Part shown: piece after piece, positions 12,894 through 26,137 of the stretch
How the letters are laid out: the number at the start of each line of letters is the position of its first letter
How positions within the stretch are numbered: the first letter of the stretch is position 1
Origin: the human T2T-CHM13v2.0 reference genome, Homo sapiens
Assembly (NCBI RefSeq): GCF_009914755.1
Contig: NC_060947.1
Direction: 5' to 3' (one strand)
DNA length: 64,000 nt
Program-made: the position numbers and the translations under genes
Notes under the pieces: model-generated
Told to the model about the DNA's origin: nothing
What the model saw: only the letters and a program-made list of their open reading frames with translations
Databases searched by the model: none

Positions 12894-13540
12894 TGAGAGG
12901 TGAAGCCAGCTGGGCTTCTGAGTCGGGTGGGGACTTGGAGAACTTTTCTGTCTAGCCAAAGGATTGTAAATGCACCAATCAGTGCTCTGTGTCTAGCTAA
13001 AGGTTTGTAAGCACACCAATCAGCACTCTGTAAAAACGGACCAATCAGCTCTCTGTAAAACGGACCAATCAGCACTCTGTAAAACAGACCAATCAGCACT
13101 CTGTAAAACGGACCAATCAGCTCTCTGTAAAATGGAACAATCAGCTCTCTGTAAAATGGACCCATCAGCAGGATGTGGGTGGGGCCAAGTAAGGGAATAA
13201 AAGCTGGCCACCCTAGTGAGCAGCTGCAACTCGCTCAGGTCTCCTTCCAGACTGCTGTAGCTTTGTTTTTTCGATCTTTGCGAAAAGTCTTGCTGCTGCT
13301 CACTGTTTGGGTCTGTGCGGACCTTATGAGCTGTAACACTCACCACGGAGGTCTGCAGCTTCACTCCTGAAGCCAGCCAGACCATGAACCCACTGGGAGG
13401 AAGAAACTCCAGACACGTCCCAACATCAGAAGGAACAAACTCCGGACACACCATCTTTAAGAACTGTAACACTCATTGGGAGGGTCCGAGGCTTCATTCT
13501 TGAAATCAGAGAGACCAAGAACCCACCAATTCTGGACACA
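12894..13540 (+). mobile_element. ERV9 LTR12-family solo LTR (short form, 647 bp)
   Basis: TGAGAGGTGAAGCCAGC...CCAATTCTGGACACA; 4-bp TSD CTAG at 12890-12893 and 13541-13544. Confidence 0.95.
12975..13204 (+). promoter_or_regulatory. LTR12 U3 tandem CCAAT (NF-Y-type) array and AATAAAA TATA-like box
   Basis: About 7 repeats of accaatcagc(a/t)ctctgtaaaa (~24-bp period); gggaataaaagc at ~13193-13204. Activity is inferred from the family, not shown here. Confidence 0.7.
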
Positions 13541-13544
13541 CTAG

Positions 13545-16500
13545 TACCTGTGGTAATTCTATGTTTAACGTTTTGAGAAACTGCCAAACCTTTTTTTTCA
13601 AAGCAGTTGTACCATTTTACATTTCCACCAGTAGTGTATTAGGGTTCCAGTTTTTCCACATCTTCGTCTACACTCATTCTTATTCATCTTTTCCATTGTA
13701 GCCATGCTAGTGGGTGTGAAGTGGTATCTTATTGTGGTTTTGATTTGCATTTCCCTGGAAGCTAATGATATTGAGCATTTTTCATGTGCTTATTGGACAT
13801 TTGTATATCATCTTGGAGAAATGTTTATTCAAATCTGTTTACCATATTTTAACTGAGTTATTTGTGTTTTTGTTGTTTTAAGAGTTATTCATACTTTCTA
13901 GATACAAGTTCGTTATCAGATATATGATTTGCAAATACTTTCTACCATTCAGTGGGTTATGTTTTCACTTTTTTTATAGTGTCCTTTGGAGCACAAAAGA
14001 TTTAATTTTGATGAAATCTAATTTATTTATTCTTTTGTTGCTTATGCTTGTGATTTCATATCTAAGAAGGCTTTCCCTAATCCAAGGTAATGAAGATTTA
14101 CCCCTTATTTTCCTCTAAGTGTTTTATAGGTTTAGCTTTTACATTTAGGTCTGTGATCCCTTCTGAATTCATTTTTGTATATGGTTTGAGGGAGAGGTCT
14201 AACTTCATTTTTTTTGCATATGGATATCCAATTGTCCCAGTCCCGTTTGTTAAAAAGACTGTACTTTCCCTGTTGAATTGAATTGACACCCTTGTCAAGA
14301 GTCAATTGACTATAAATGTGAGGTTTTCTTTAGACTCTCAATTCTATTCTATTGATCTGTACATCTACTTTTATGCCAGTACCATGCTGTTGTAATTACT
14401 GTATCTCTGTAGTAAGTTTTGAGATTGGAACTAGTGGGTTCTCTAATTCAGATCTTTTTCAAGATTGTTTTACCATTCTGAGAACCTTAAATTTTCATAT
14501 GAATTTCAAAACTAACTTGCCTATTTCCGCAAAGCTAGCTAGGATTTTCATAGGGATTGTATTAAATCTGTAGATCAATTGGAGTATTGCCATGTTAATA
14601 ACAGTAAGTCTTTGAAATCATGAGCATGGAATGACATTCCATTTATCTAGGTTTTCTTTAATTTATTTTAACAATCTTTTATAGTTTTCAGAGTATACAT
14701 TTTGTACTTATTTTGTTGAATTTATTCCTAAGTATTTTGTTTTTTGATGCTATTAAAAATGAATTATTTCCTTAATTTTATTTTCAGATGGTTTATTGTT
14801 AATGTATAGAAATCCAATTTATATATATTGATCTTGTACCCTGAAACCTTACTAAATTCTTAAAATCAGTTCCAATAGGTTTTTTGGTGTATTATTTAGG
14901 ATTTTCAATACACAAGATCAGATCATCTAAAAATAGAAGTTGTTTTACTTCTACCATTCTAATCTAGATGCCTTTTATTTCTTTTTCTTGTTTAGTTATC
15001 CTGGCTATAAACTCCAGCACAATATTGGATAAAAGTAGTTAGTGTGGGCATCTTCCTTTTGTTTCTGATATTGGGGAGAAGTTGTCATTATTAAGTATGA
15101 TGTTAGTGGTCAGTGTTTTGTAGATGCCCATTATCAGAATGATGAAGTTTCCTTATATTCCTAGTTTGTTGAGAGGTTCTTTTTTATCATGAAGGGTTGT
15201 AGGATTTTATCAGATGCTTTTTCTGCATCTATTGACATGATCATTTGGTTTTTGTCCATTATTCTGTCAATATGTGGTAATACGTTGATTGATGTTAAAT
15301 TAACCTTGAATTCCTGAGATAAGTCCCACTTGGTCATGATATAATCCTTTTTATATGTTGTGAGAATTTTGTTGAGAATCTATATTTATGATATGGTTTG
15401 GTTCTATGTCCCCACCCATATTTCATGTTGAATTGTGATCCTGAGTGTTGGAGGTAGGAGCTGGTGGGAGGTGATTGAATCATGAGGGTGGATTCTAATG
15501 GTTTAGCACCATCCCCTAGTGCTGTCTCATGATAGAGTTCTCATGAGGTCTGGTTGTTTGAAGGTGTATAGCACCTCCCCTTTCACTCACCCTCTCTCCT
15601 GCTGGTCAAGTGAAGATGTCCTTGCTTCCTCTTCATCTTCTGCCATGATTGTAAGTTAGTCCTAAGTCCTCCTCAGTCATGCTGCTTGTAAATCTTGTGG
15701 AACTGTGAGTCAACTAAACCTCTTTTCTTCATAAATGACCCACTCTAATGTAGTCCTTCATAGCAGCGTGAGAACAGATTAATGTAATTTGTAAGGAATA
15801 GTGGCCTGTAGTTTTCTTTTATTATGATGTTTTGTCTCATTTTGGTATCAGAGTGATACTGGCCTCATGGAATAAGTTAGCCAGTGGCCCTCCTCTTCTA
15901 TATTTTGGAAGACTGTGAAAAAATAGTATTAAATTGTCTTTACATGTTTGGTGGAATAAATTAGTAAAGCTATCTGGGAATGACCTTTTCTTTGTGGGAA
16001 GTTTTTAGATTACTAATTCAATCTCTTAAACATCTATTCAGATTTTCTGTTTATTCTTGAATCAGTGTTGATAGTTTGGGTCTTTCTAGGAATTCTTCCA
16101 TTTCATCCATGCTATCTGATTTGTTGGCATACAGTTGCTCATAGTATTTCCTTATAATCCTTTTTATTTCTATAAAGTTGACAGTAATATCACCTCTTTC
16201 ATCCTGTTTAGTAATTTGAGTCTTCTCTCTTTTTGTCTTGGTCAGTCTAGCTAAAGGTCTGTCCATTTTGTTAATCTTTTCTAAGACCCAACTTTTGCTT
16301 TTGTTGATTTCCTCCATTGGTTTTTTATTCTCTATTTTGTTAGTTTCTACTGTAATCTTTATTCTTTCATCTGCTTTCTTTGGATTTAATTTCTCTTTTT
16401 CTAGTTTCTAGAGGTAGAAAATTAGGTTATTGATTTGAGATCTTCTTTTCAATATAGGTGTTTAAAGCTACAAATTTATCTCTAATTACTGCTTTAACTG

Positions 16501-16715
16501 CATCCTACAAAATTTTGTATATTATGTATTCACTTTTCTTCATCTCAAAGTATTTTCTAATTTCATTTGTGAGTATCTCCACATTTTCTGCTATTCTAAT
16601 TTCACTCCATTTTGGTCAGATAACATACTTTGTATGACTTTAATACTTTTAAATTTATGAAGGCTTGTTTTACAGCCTAGCATATGGATCTGTGCTGGAG
16701 AATGTTCCATGTGCA
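13545..16715 (-). mobile_element. Old L1M (MB/MC-like) ORF2 region
   Basis: Degenerate ORF2 peptides at 14098-14298 and 16051-16317. Confidence 0.82.
15389..15786 (+). mobile_element. MaLR MSTA/B solo LTR
   Basis: tgatatggtttggttctatgtccccaccc...gagaacagattaatgta; flanks attta/atttg. Confidence 0.85.
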
Positions 16716-17679
16716 ACAAAGGTGAAGCACTATTCATCAGAACAAGCTGTTTTACACAGTTTTCAGGGACATAATCCACTACTGATATAATAACTTTATG
16801 GAAGAGTTGGATTTTTCGTCTCAACATGTTCCATCTGGTCTCTGGAAGAATTATTTCAGGTTGAAGTGGAAACCTAGCAACTATCTGGTTAACATGATCA
16901 ATTTAGACAGCAGGAGGTCTGGCTGACTTACAGAGCTTAGCATTTAGCAACAATGAAGAGCTTGGAGTCTAGGTTTTCTGCAAGGCTAAAAATAGTTTGT
17001 TAAGAGACATTTCAGGAAGTTAAATAGTCACTTCCCCGGGATTCTTCTCTTCAAAAATCAACAAAGCTAAAATCTCACATATCTTCTTATTTGACCATTG
17101 CTATTAACTATGCTGTAATGTCTTCCCACTATTATCCAATTTGTCATTTGCAAGACACAGAATAGAGCTGGAGGTGGTTCTTCCAGAAAGCATTGTGTCA
17201 GGAACTTACTAGTATCTCAAATAGTCACAGCTTCAAGGAGGTACATCAACCATACTGAAGGATTTTTTGAAACTATGTATTGTATAAAATAATATGAACT
17301 CCATGAATGAAACAGCATGAAATACAAACCACCTGATATGTGTGCCCGTCTGAGGACAGGTTACAAATACATTCTTGTCATTAATTTGTTCACTTTTAAT
17401 TTAGTGTAAATGTATCTTTGACTAATGTAACTGTTTTAAAAAGAGCTTAAGTACCAATAAAAATCAAATATTTCAAAAATTCTCATTTATTTAAATAACC
17501 CAATAATATTGTGTTGCTTATATGTATATTTTGAGAAAAACATTTTTAAAACAAATTTTTAACAAGAGATACTAGAGATAAGTTAAATACATCAAAATAT
17601 AAAATATAGTGCTTATTGTGTCTGTTTCTAGCAGTAACATTATGAAAAATGTATTATCTTAAAAAGACAAAGATTTTAT

Positions 17680-17840
17680 ATGTGAAGAGAAAATATCTGG
17701 GAAGATCTATAAGAAAATAGTAACAGTGTTGACTCTGGAAAGAGAATCCAGGGTTGGCAGGGAGACTTACTTCATATTTTATATATTCATTATATAATGG
17801 ATTTTATAACATGTAATGCATTACTTTAACAAAAAAGAAT
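17680..17840 (+). mobile_element. Ancient L1ME-like 3' end fragment
   Basis: gtaacagtgttgactctgga...gagacttacttcatattttatata...atgcattactttaac resembles L1ME 3' ends. Confidence 0.5.
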
Positions 17841-18556
17841 AGTTGAAAGCCAGCAAGTAAAGCTAAGCTTCTGCCACTTTGTTAACCATTTCCCCTGGCC
17901 ACAGGCAGAACTTGATAGGAATCTAATGCATAGAATTCACAGCAGTTTAGAATTGGGGACTTTAAAGATCATCTGTTGTATTACATTAACTATTTCCAAA
18001 CTGGTGTTGAGTTTGCTCAGTTCACCTGCCAGTAAGTAAAACCACATTCCAGTAGAGCTAAAGAATATGGGCAGCTCTTGAAATTCACCTTAATGGAATT
18101 TGAGCTATAGTTGATGGTGTAGATTTCTGCTTTATTCCTTAGTGTCATAAATGCCAGGATCATTTCTTACAGAAATGGGTAGGATGAGTAGAATAGGTGT
18201 TTGCCGTGAGTCTTCCATCTCCTCCGTAAGTTCCAAACACATTCCATTACAGATTCAGATTTTTGAATGAAGGCACTGACATTTACTGAAATGCATAAGC
18301 TCTTGTGGGAAACAAGCAATGAAACTTAACCATGAAGAATTAAGTCTATTAATTATTTCCTGAAAGTTGGAAGCAAAAATATGGGGAAAAGGGGAGGAGA
18401 AATTGGGAACACCATGGAGAGGAAAGAGAATACTGAAGAAAGCTTGGTCCACTTTCTCTTCTGCCTTATTAGTGTGTAATAAGCTTTAGAAAGTGGGTTT
18501 TGGTGGTAACTTTAGCCCGTCTGAAGCTGGACAACACCAGCAATTTCCCCAAGTCC

Positions 18557-18560
<4 letters not shown>

Positions 18561-18600
<40 letters not shown>
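18561..18600. repeat. (CA)20 microsatellite
   Basis: Read directly. Confidence 0.97.
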
Positions 18601-18604
<4 letters not shown>

Positions 18605-18689
18605 CCTCATTAAGTCCTACTCATCATTGAGGACTTTAACAATTCTTAACTGCCCATGGCATACTGACTACAACATCTCTCATAGTCTT

Positions 18690-18846
18690 TATAGCACTAT
18701 ATTGTAATTATTATTTTTCTTCTCTTCTTCACCAACTCTTAAAATCTTTGTGGGCAGTGACTGTGTCTTCTATCACAGTATCTTCTAACACCACATCTGG
18801 CATATAGTAGGTGCACAGTAAATTTTTATTGAGTGAATGAATGAAG
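18690..18846 (+). mobile_element. L2 3' end
   Basis: tctggcatatagtaggtgcacagtaaatttttattgagtgaatgaatgaa terminus. Confidence 0.8.
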
Positions 18847-20496
18847 AAAATGAAGCCACTTAGCTGCATTTTAACACTAAAACCCTAAATTTTTCTCCAA
18901 AAAGAATATGAATTTTTAAAGAATTATGAACGTGTTCCCCTCCCAACAATGATTCTTACGAATTTTCCATGGCTATAGCTTGCGTGTGAGTCTTACAAAC
19001 AGCATTTGGCAGCAGTGTCCTTCCATATTTTCCGGGAAGAAGGAATTCTAAGTGATACATATTCAAAGAATTCTCAGGTTTTTGCATGGGTATGAAGATT
19101 TGGAGTTGGTGGGGAGGAATGGTTGGAGGAATGGGTGATAGAGAAGAAAGGAGTGAGAAGGAATATAAAGGACCAGTCACTATGGGTGGGGAAACCCAGG
19201 GTAAGAGCTGACAGAGGTTGGCAGAACCTCCAGGGCAAGTTTACTTTAGGTTGGCTATTCCCATTTCAAGTGTACACACGCCTCTGGAACTCCCTAAAGC
19301 CATTTGGAGGGGAAAACCACACCTACAGCTTCTGAAATGAAAAGTACCTCCAGGCCTCCAGAAATTAGTCCCGTGGTCTTACTATTACTCACTTCCTAGA
19401 AAAGTCATAGCTGGTCTATCCTGACCTTCAGAGCCTGCAGGAGTACAAACTCATTTTCCGAAGAATGATGATTCAAGAAGAATTTAGAGAAATCACTCAG
19501 GAAAGCCTCAGAAACAAATCTTTTTTGTCTTTTACTTTACTAAAACCTTCATGAACATTTTTACTGGGACTTTCTTTGGCAAGTTCTGGGTGAATCAGCA
19601 TGAAAAACAAAAGCAATGTTGAAATTTAAATCTGTAAAGGATGTCATTTCCATTTTCTAAAAACTGCTCAGAACTTGAATGCGAAGTAATGATACATGCT
19701 TTCCAGCTTCATGTGAAGTCATACTTATAACCTGCAGCTTGGCATCATCTCTAGTTTTAGTGGTACTATTATTACCTATAGTTCTTTATTTTCTTCAACA
19801 ACTTCAGTCTTGTTTTCCACCCTGGCATCGGTAACAGTAGTTCACCTTTAGAGAAAATATATTTACATTACCTTTACGTGTGTATGCTTACTTAGCAAGC
19901 AGAAAGCCAGTTTTGAGAATACTCTGTCCATTATTTCCTCCTCCCTTATGCCAGACTCTTGAGATTTTAACATTTGAATTAAGGCAAGGTTCTTTCTTCC
20001 AGTCTGGTTATGTCTTTTCAGGCCAAGTGAGTATGGCCTATGGATTCAAGCCCTAGATTGTAGCAAGTAGAAACTTGTTGATAGTCCCTCCCTGAAATAA
20101 CTGCCATCAACCAAAAGAAGCAGATAATCCACTTTTGTGCTTAGGGCAGCATGTTTTGTAGATGCCATGCTGCAGGCATACCTATGTGGGCTTGTGAGAA
20201 ATGAGGAATCTGGCCTATGTGCTTCAGCATCTGCAAACAAGCAAGCTCACAGTTCATCCCAGTCCAGCTCTTCCATCAGAGGATGACACATGCACCATTA
20301 TTTTAATAAAGTCCATGTGTTGTGAATGAGTCTCATTCATCAATTGTCCCCCCAAAAGTTTTATTTCTTGCAACCACTGCATTTCATCTTTCTCACAATG
20401 AATTCATATTATAGGTACTCACAGATGTATATATTGACCTACCAATTACTTCAAAAGAAAAAGAATGGAGAGGGATATAGCAAAGAGATATAATAG

Positions 20497-20533
<37 letters not shown>

Positions 20534-20540
20534 TAGATAG
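20497..20540. repeat. (AGAT)9 AT AGAT tetranucleotide STR
   Basis: Read directly. Confidence 0.95.
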
Positions 20541-21368
20541 AATGCTTAAGGAACCACTGAATCAGTAAATCAAGCAACAAATGTGGGTGTTACTGGCATG
20601 CGTAGAATGATGGATGGATATTCTAGGAGCCTACATTAGGAGGACACTAAAACTTTCACTTTTTTCATCCCCTGTCAAAGCTCTTGAGATGGTTAAATTT
20701 TTACTAACAGGATGTTTTCATTAAGAAGGAAAAAACCCCACATAAATGGTTGAAAGCTAACATCTAATCAAATCTAAGGATTTTCCCCCATTCTCTCATT
20801 TCTGGAGCAGATTGGTGCAATTTATTTTCCTGCCTTGGGCAGTTCAGCAGCAGCTGAGGTTGTAGTCACAACTTAGCAATGTGGCTCATGTGACTTATCC
20901 AAATAAGAGCACAATTAGCAAAATGTGTTCCCATAAATGGCAGTTTAAACACTAAACTCTGGAGAGAATCCAGATGAAATCTAACACAGAACAGCATGGG
21001 GAAAATGGTAAGTTCTGGTGAACTAAAATGCATTGGTCATGCCTTTGGCTGGAGAGGGTCAAAGTCAGAATGACTTGAGAGTTTTTAAAAAGTCACTACT
21101 AAAATTCCCAAGCCAAATAGCAGTCATTGCCTATAGCACTTTGTGAATGGGAAAAAATATGTAAGCTCTAAATGTTAGACTCAGGAGAATATTGTATTTG
21201 TCAGACTAACAAAGCACTCTAACTTCAGCATTCTAAATTTAGAACCAATGTTGAACTGTTGGAGTTCTGTGTCCATAAAACTTTGAACTATTGGAGTTCT
21301 GTGTCCACAAGGGCTGAAAAAGGAAACTTCTTGGTTTTCACTCCCAGAGCCTGTAAGAATAAAAACTC

Positions 21369-21732
<364 letters not shown>

Positions 21733-22355
21733 TTATATCTCAAACTCAAGTCGGTTGTCAACCAGAGCTTGGCAATGATGCAGAACTGCAGACTTATGTT
21801 TCTCAGATATGGATATGAGGAGACACAGAGGGTTTTGGAAAGTAGAGCTATGGCACTGCCAACTTATAAAAGATACGTAGAGAAGAAGACAACAAAGAGC
21901 CTACAAATGCCCCCTTCCCTGCTCTGTAGCCCTCTTCTGGCTTGTATTCTGATGTGAAAAGCATTTCTACCTGGTTTCCCTTAGGAAGTAAAATTTGGCC
22001 TGAGCTCTGAAGTATGTGGAAGAAAGAAACAACCTATCAGACAAAGCAAACAGGCTGTGCAAAGGCTCTGTGGCAGAGATATTATGGCACATTCAAGGCA
22101 CAGAAATAAGGTTAGTGTGGCTAGACTACAAGAAGTGAGGGGAAAGTGGCTGGAAGGGTAACTAAAGTGTCAGATCATCAAGGCCTTGAAAACCATGTCA
22201 CTTTCATTTGTATAGCCTTATATGCAGAACAATGAGTAGCCAGTGAAGGTTATCTGGGGAGAAACTACATGCCCAGATTCTCATTTAGTGATTGGTCTTT
22301 ATGAATTGTGGTGAATAAATTAAAGGTGGAGAGACTAGATTCAAGGAGACCTTTC

Positions 22356-24580
22356 TTTTTTTCTTTTTATTTTTCTTTTTAATTTCAGAGCTACAACTGC
22401 AGGTTTGTTACATAGGTAAACTTGTGTCATGGGGGTTTGTTGTACTGATTATTTCATCACCCAGGTATTAAGTCTAGTACCCATTAGTTGTTTTTCCTGA
22501 TCCTCTCCCTCCTCCCACTCTCCACCCTCTGAAAAGCCCCAGTGTGCGTTGTTCCCTTCTTTGTGTCCATGTGTTCTCATCATTTAGCTCTCACTTATAA
22601 GTGAGAACATGCAGTATTTGGTTTTCTGTCCTGCATTAGTTTGCTAAGGATAATGGCCTCCAGCTCCATCCAAGTGCCTGCAAAGAACATGATCTCATTC
22701 TCTTTTATGGCTATGTAGTATTCCATGGTGTATATCTACCACATTTTCTTTATCCAGTCTATCATTAACGGGCATTTAGATTGATCCCGTGTCTTTGCTA
22801 TTGTGAATAGTGCTGCAATGAACGTACACATGCGTGTGTCTTTATAATAGAACGATTTATATTCTTTTGGATATATATCCAGTAATGGGATTGCTGGCTG
22901 GAATGGTATTTCTGTCTTTAGGTCTTAGAGGAATCGCCACCATCTTCCACAATGGCTGAACTAATTTACACTTCCACCAACAGCCTATAAGTGTTCCTTT
23001 TTCTCCACAACCTCACCAGCATCCGTTATTTTTTGACTTTAAAAATAGCCTTTCTGACTGGTGTGAGATGGTATCTCATTGTGGTTTTGATTTGCATTTC
23101 TCTGATGATCAGTGATGTTGGGTTTTTTTTAATTATACTTTAAGTTATAGGCTACAAGTGCACAACGTGCAGGTTTGATACATAGGTATACATGTGCCAT
23201 GTTGGTTTGCTGCACCCATCAACTCATCACTTACATTAGGTATTTCTCCTAATGCTATCCCTCCCCCAGCCCCCCTCCCCACAACAGGCCCCGATATATG
23301 ATGTTCCCCGCCCTGTGTCCAAGTGTTCTCATTGTTCAGTTCCCACCTATGAGTGAGAACATGCAGTGTTTGATTTTCTGTCTTTGTGATAGTTTACTGA
23401 GAATGATGGTTTCCAGCTTCATCCATGTCCCTGCAAAGGACATGAACTCATCCTTTTTTATGGCTGCATAGTATTCCATGGCATATATGTGCCACATTTT
23501 CTTAATCCAGTCTATCTATCATTGATGGATATTTGAGTTGGTTCCAAGTCTTTCCTATTGTGAATAGTGCCACAATAAACATACATGTGCATGTGTCTTT
23601 ATAGTAGCATGATTTATAATCCTTTGGGTACATAGATGTTGGTTTTTTTTTCATATGATTGTTGGCCACATGTATGTCTTCTTTTGAGAAGTGTCTATTC
23701 ATGTCCTTTCATCACTCTTTAATGGGGTTGTTTGTTTTTTTCTTGTAAATTTGTTTAAGTTCCTTATAGATGCTGGATATTAGATCTTTGTTGGATACAT
23801 AGCTTGCAAAAATTTTCTCCCATTCTCCCAGGTTGTCTTTTTACTCTGCTTACAGTTTCTTTCACTGTGCAGAAGTTCTTTAGTTTAATTACATCCCATT
23901 TGTCAATGTCTGCTTTTGTTGTGATTGCTTTTGGCGTCTTTGTCATGAAATCTTTGCCTGTGCTTATGTCCTGAATGGTATTGCCTAGGTTGTCTTCCAG
24001 GGTTGTTGTTGTTTTTTCTTTTATAGTTTTGGGTTTTACATTTAAGTCTTTAATCCATCTTGAACTAACTTTTCTATACAGTTTAAGGAAGTGGTCCAGT
24101 TTCAGTCTTCTGCATATGGCTAGCCAGTTATCCCAGCACCATTTATTGAATAGGAAATCCTTTCCCCATTGCTTGTTTTTGTCAGACCAGATAGTTGTAG
24201 GTGTGCAGTCTTATTTCTGGGTTATCTTCTCTGTTCCATTGGTCTATGTGTCTGTTCTTGTACCAGTACCATGCTTTTTTGGTTGCTGTTGCCCTGCAGA
24301 ATAGTTTGAAGTTGGGTAGCATGATGCCTCCAGCTTTGCTTTTTGCTTAGGATTGTCTTGGCTATTGGGGCTCTTTTTTGGTTTCATATGAATTTTAAAA
24401 TAGTTTTTTCTAGTTCTGTGAAAAATGTCATGGTAGTTTAATGGAAATAACATTGAATCTATAAATTGCCTTGGAGAGTATGGTCATTTTAATGATATTG
24501 ATTCTTCCTATCCATGAACATTGAATGTTTTTCCATTTGTTTGTATCATCTCGATTTCTTTGAACAGTGGTTTGTAGTTC
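22356..24580 (-). mobile_element. 5'-truncated L1PA (L1PA10-13-like)
   Basis: 3'UTR and ORF2 C-terminal region; TSD ttcaaggagac(c/t)tttc at 22340-22355 and 24581-24596. Confidence 0.9.
23131..23634 (-). mobile_element. Younger L1PA (PA5-7-like) 3' end nested in the previous L1
   Basis: aattatactttaagt... 3' end; TSD gatgttgg(g)tttttttt at 23114-23130 and 23635-23650. Confidence 0.88.
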
Positions 24581-25322
24581 TTCAAGGAGACTTTTCAAGA
24601 GACTACTCTATTAGTCCAGGCAAGAAATGATTATAGCTTGGTCTAGTGTGGGAGCCGAGGAGACAGATGGAAGTGGATGAGTATAGGAGGGAAAATTCAC
24701 AGGGATTGTTGATGGATTGACCGTGGAGAATAACACAGATGGAGGTGCCAGAGATTATTCCTCGGTTTCTATCATGTCCAATTTGGTGGAACTACTAACT
24801 AAAAAATAAAAAACACTAAAAGAGCGTCAGATATGGAGAGAAAGATCACACTTGGACCTGTGGAATTTGAGGTGTTTTTGAAACTTGGAAGATGTTTGTT
24901 AAGTAGAATGTTGGATATGCTGGTCTGAATCTCAGAGGAGAGATTTGGGGTGGAGTTATACCACTTTTAATATTCAGTCAAGGAAGTGGGTGAGTTTGCC
25001 TCATAGGAAAAGTTATACAGAGAGAAGAGAAAAGGGCCTCAGACAGAGTAAGCTTTGAGAAACTCTATCAATGGGCCTATAGAGGAGAATCCACCGCCTA
25101 CAGAGATAAGAGGAAAACCAGAGGTGAACAATTTCAGGAAAAGAGAGTATCAATAATTAGTTAGCTAAAATATAATAATGTCAGGATTAAAAGAAGTGCC
25201 TGAATGAGGAAAATGTACAAGGTGGAAACTTTTTAAAAGCTTGACCTTTAATAGAGATAAAGTGGTACTATTAATCAAGGGAGTAGTCGGTTGCAATAAT
25301 TCCAAGGTGTAAAAGTTACAGG

Positions 25323-26137
25323 TGTTACTGAACTGAATTGAACTGGGGCCTGCTCGTCCAGCACAGTAAGGCCGAACATCCACACTGAGGTTTGCAGCAG
25401 GAAAAGGAGGGTGTTTATTTGCAGGACATCAAGCAAGAATTGGGCAGCTCATGCTTAAGAACCAACCTCCTCAGTGGCTTGCAAGCAAGGGTTTTTAAAG
25501 GCAGGGGAAATTTTCAGGAAATCAGAAGTTAAAGGCAAATTTGTAAATTGGTACATGGAAACTATACATTGGTTTGGCCTTAAAGGGGGGATATCTTAAG
25601 CAGGGGTTTACAGGTCATAGGCAGATTCAAAGATTTTCTGATTTGCAATTGGTTAAGGAAGAGAAGCTTTGTTTAAAAATTTGGGATCACCAGAAAGGAA
25701 TGTTAGCTCTGACTTGTGGGTGTAACTTCCTCACCCACGAGGACTCAGACCCTCAGGAAGGACTTCAGAACATAGAATGGTGGTCAGGGTTCAGTCCTTA
25801 GTTCCCCCTTATCTGAGGTCTGCCTGCCAACAGATCTGTTTGATGGGGGTCTGTGGGGGTCTGGGTTTCTGAAAAACAACTTAGGGACTTATATTAAGAT
25901 ATTACCTTTAGTTTCTATAGGAAAACAAACATCTCATGACTCTAACTTCCTTGGCTATTGTTTTAAGCTACTATTACCTTTTTGCTTATCAAGTTCCTCA
26001 TTTAATCTCAGGGCTAGCTAGGCAGAATTTCCAGAATTTCCCTTGAAGAAACTCAAGATTTTCCTTTATTTCCATGCTTGGGGGGTGGGGGTGGGAGTGT
26101 ATGGCAGGCCCCTAAGAGGCGTCCCTGCTTTGTCTCA
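25323..26137 (-). mobile_element. ERV1 MER4-group solo LTR (LTR48-like; subfamily uncertain)
   Basis: Minus-strand TGAGACAAAGCAGGGA...CAGTAACA with TG/CA termini; AATAAA near the 3' end; flanks cagg/tagg. Confidence 0.7.

Larger units (their letters stand above)
21990..25200 (-). mobile_element. L2 fragment split by an L1 insertion (L2 parts ~21990-22340 and ~24597-25200)
   Basis: Purine-rich L2-like sequence (tgtgcaaaggctctgtggcag; agtccaggcaagaaatgattatagcttgg) continues across the L1. Confidence 0.65.

Noticed and set aside
12975-13170. Regular ~24-bp direct repeats, superficially CRISPR-like (also 61878-62200)
   Set aside because: No unique spacers; these are the known LTR12 U3 CCAAT repeats.
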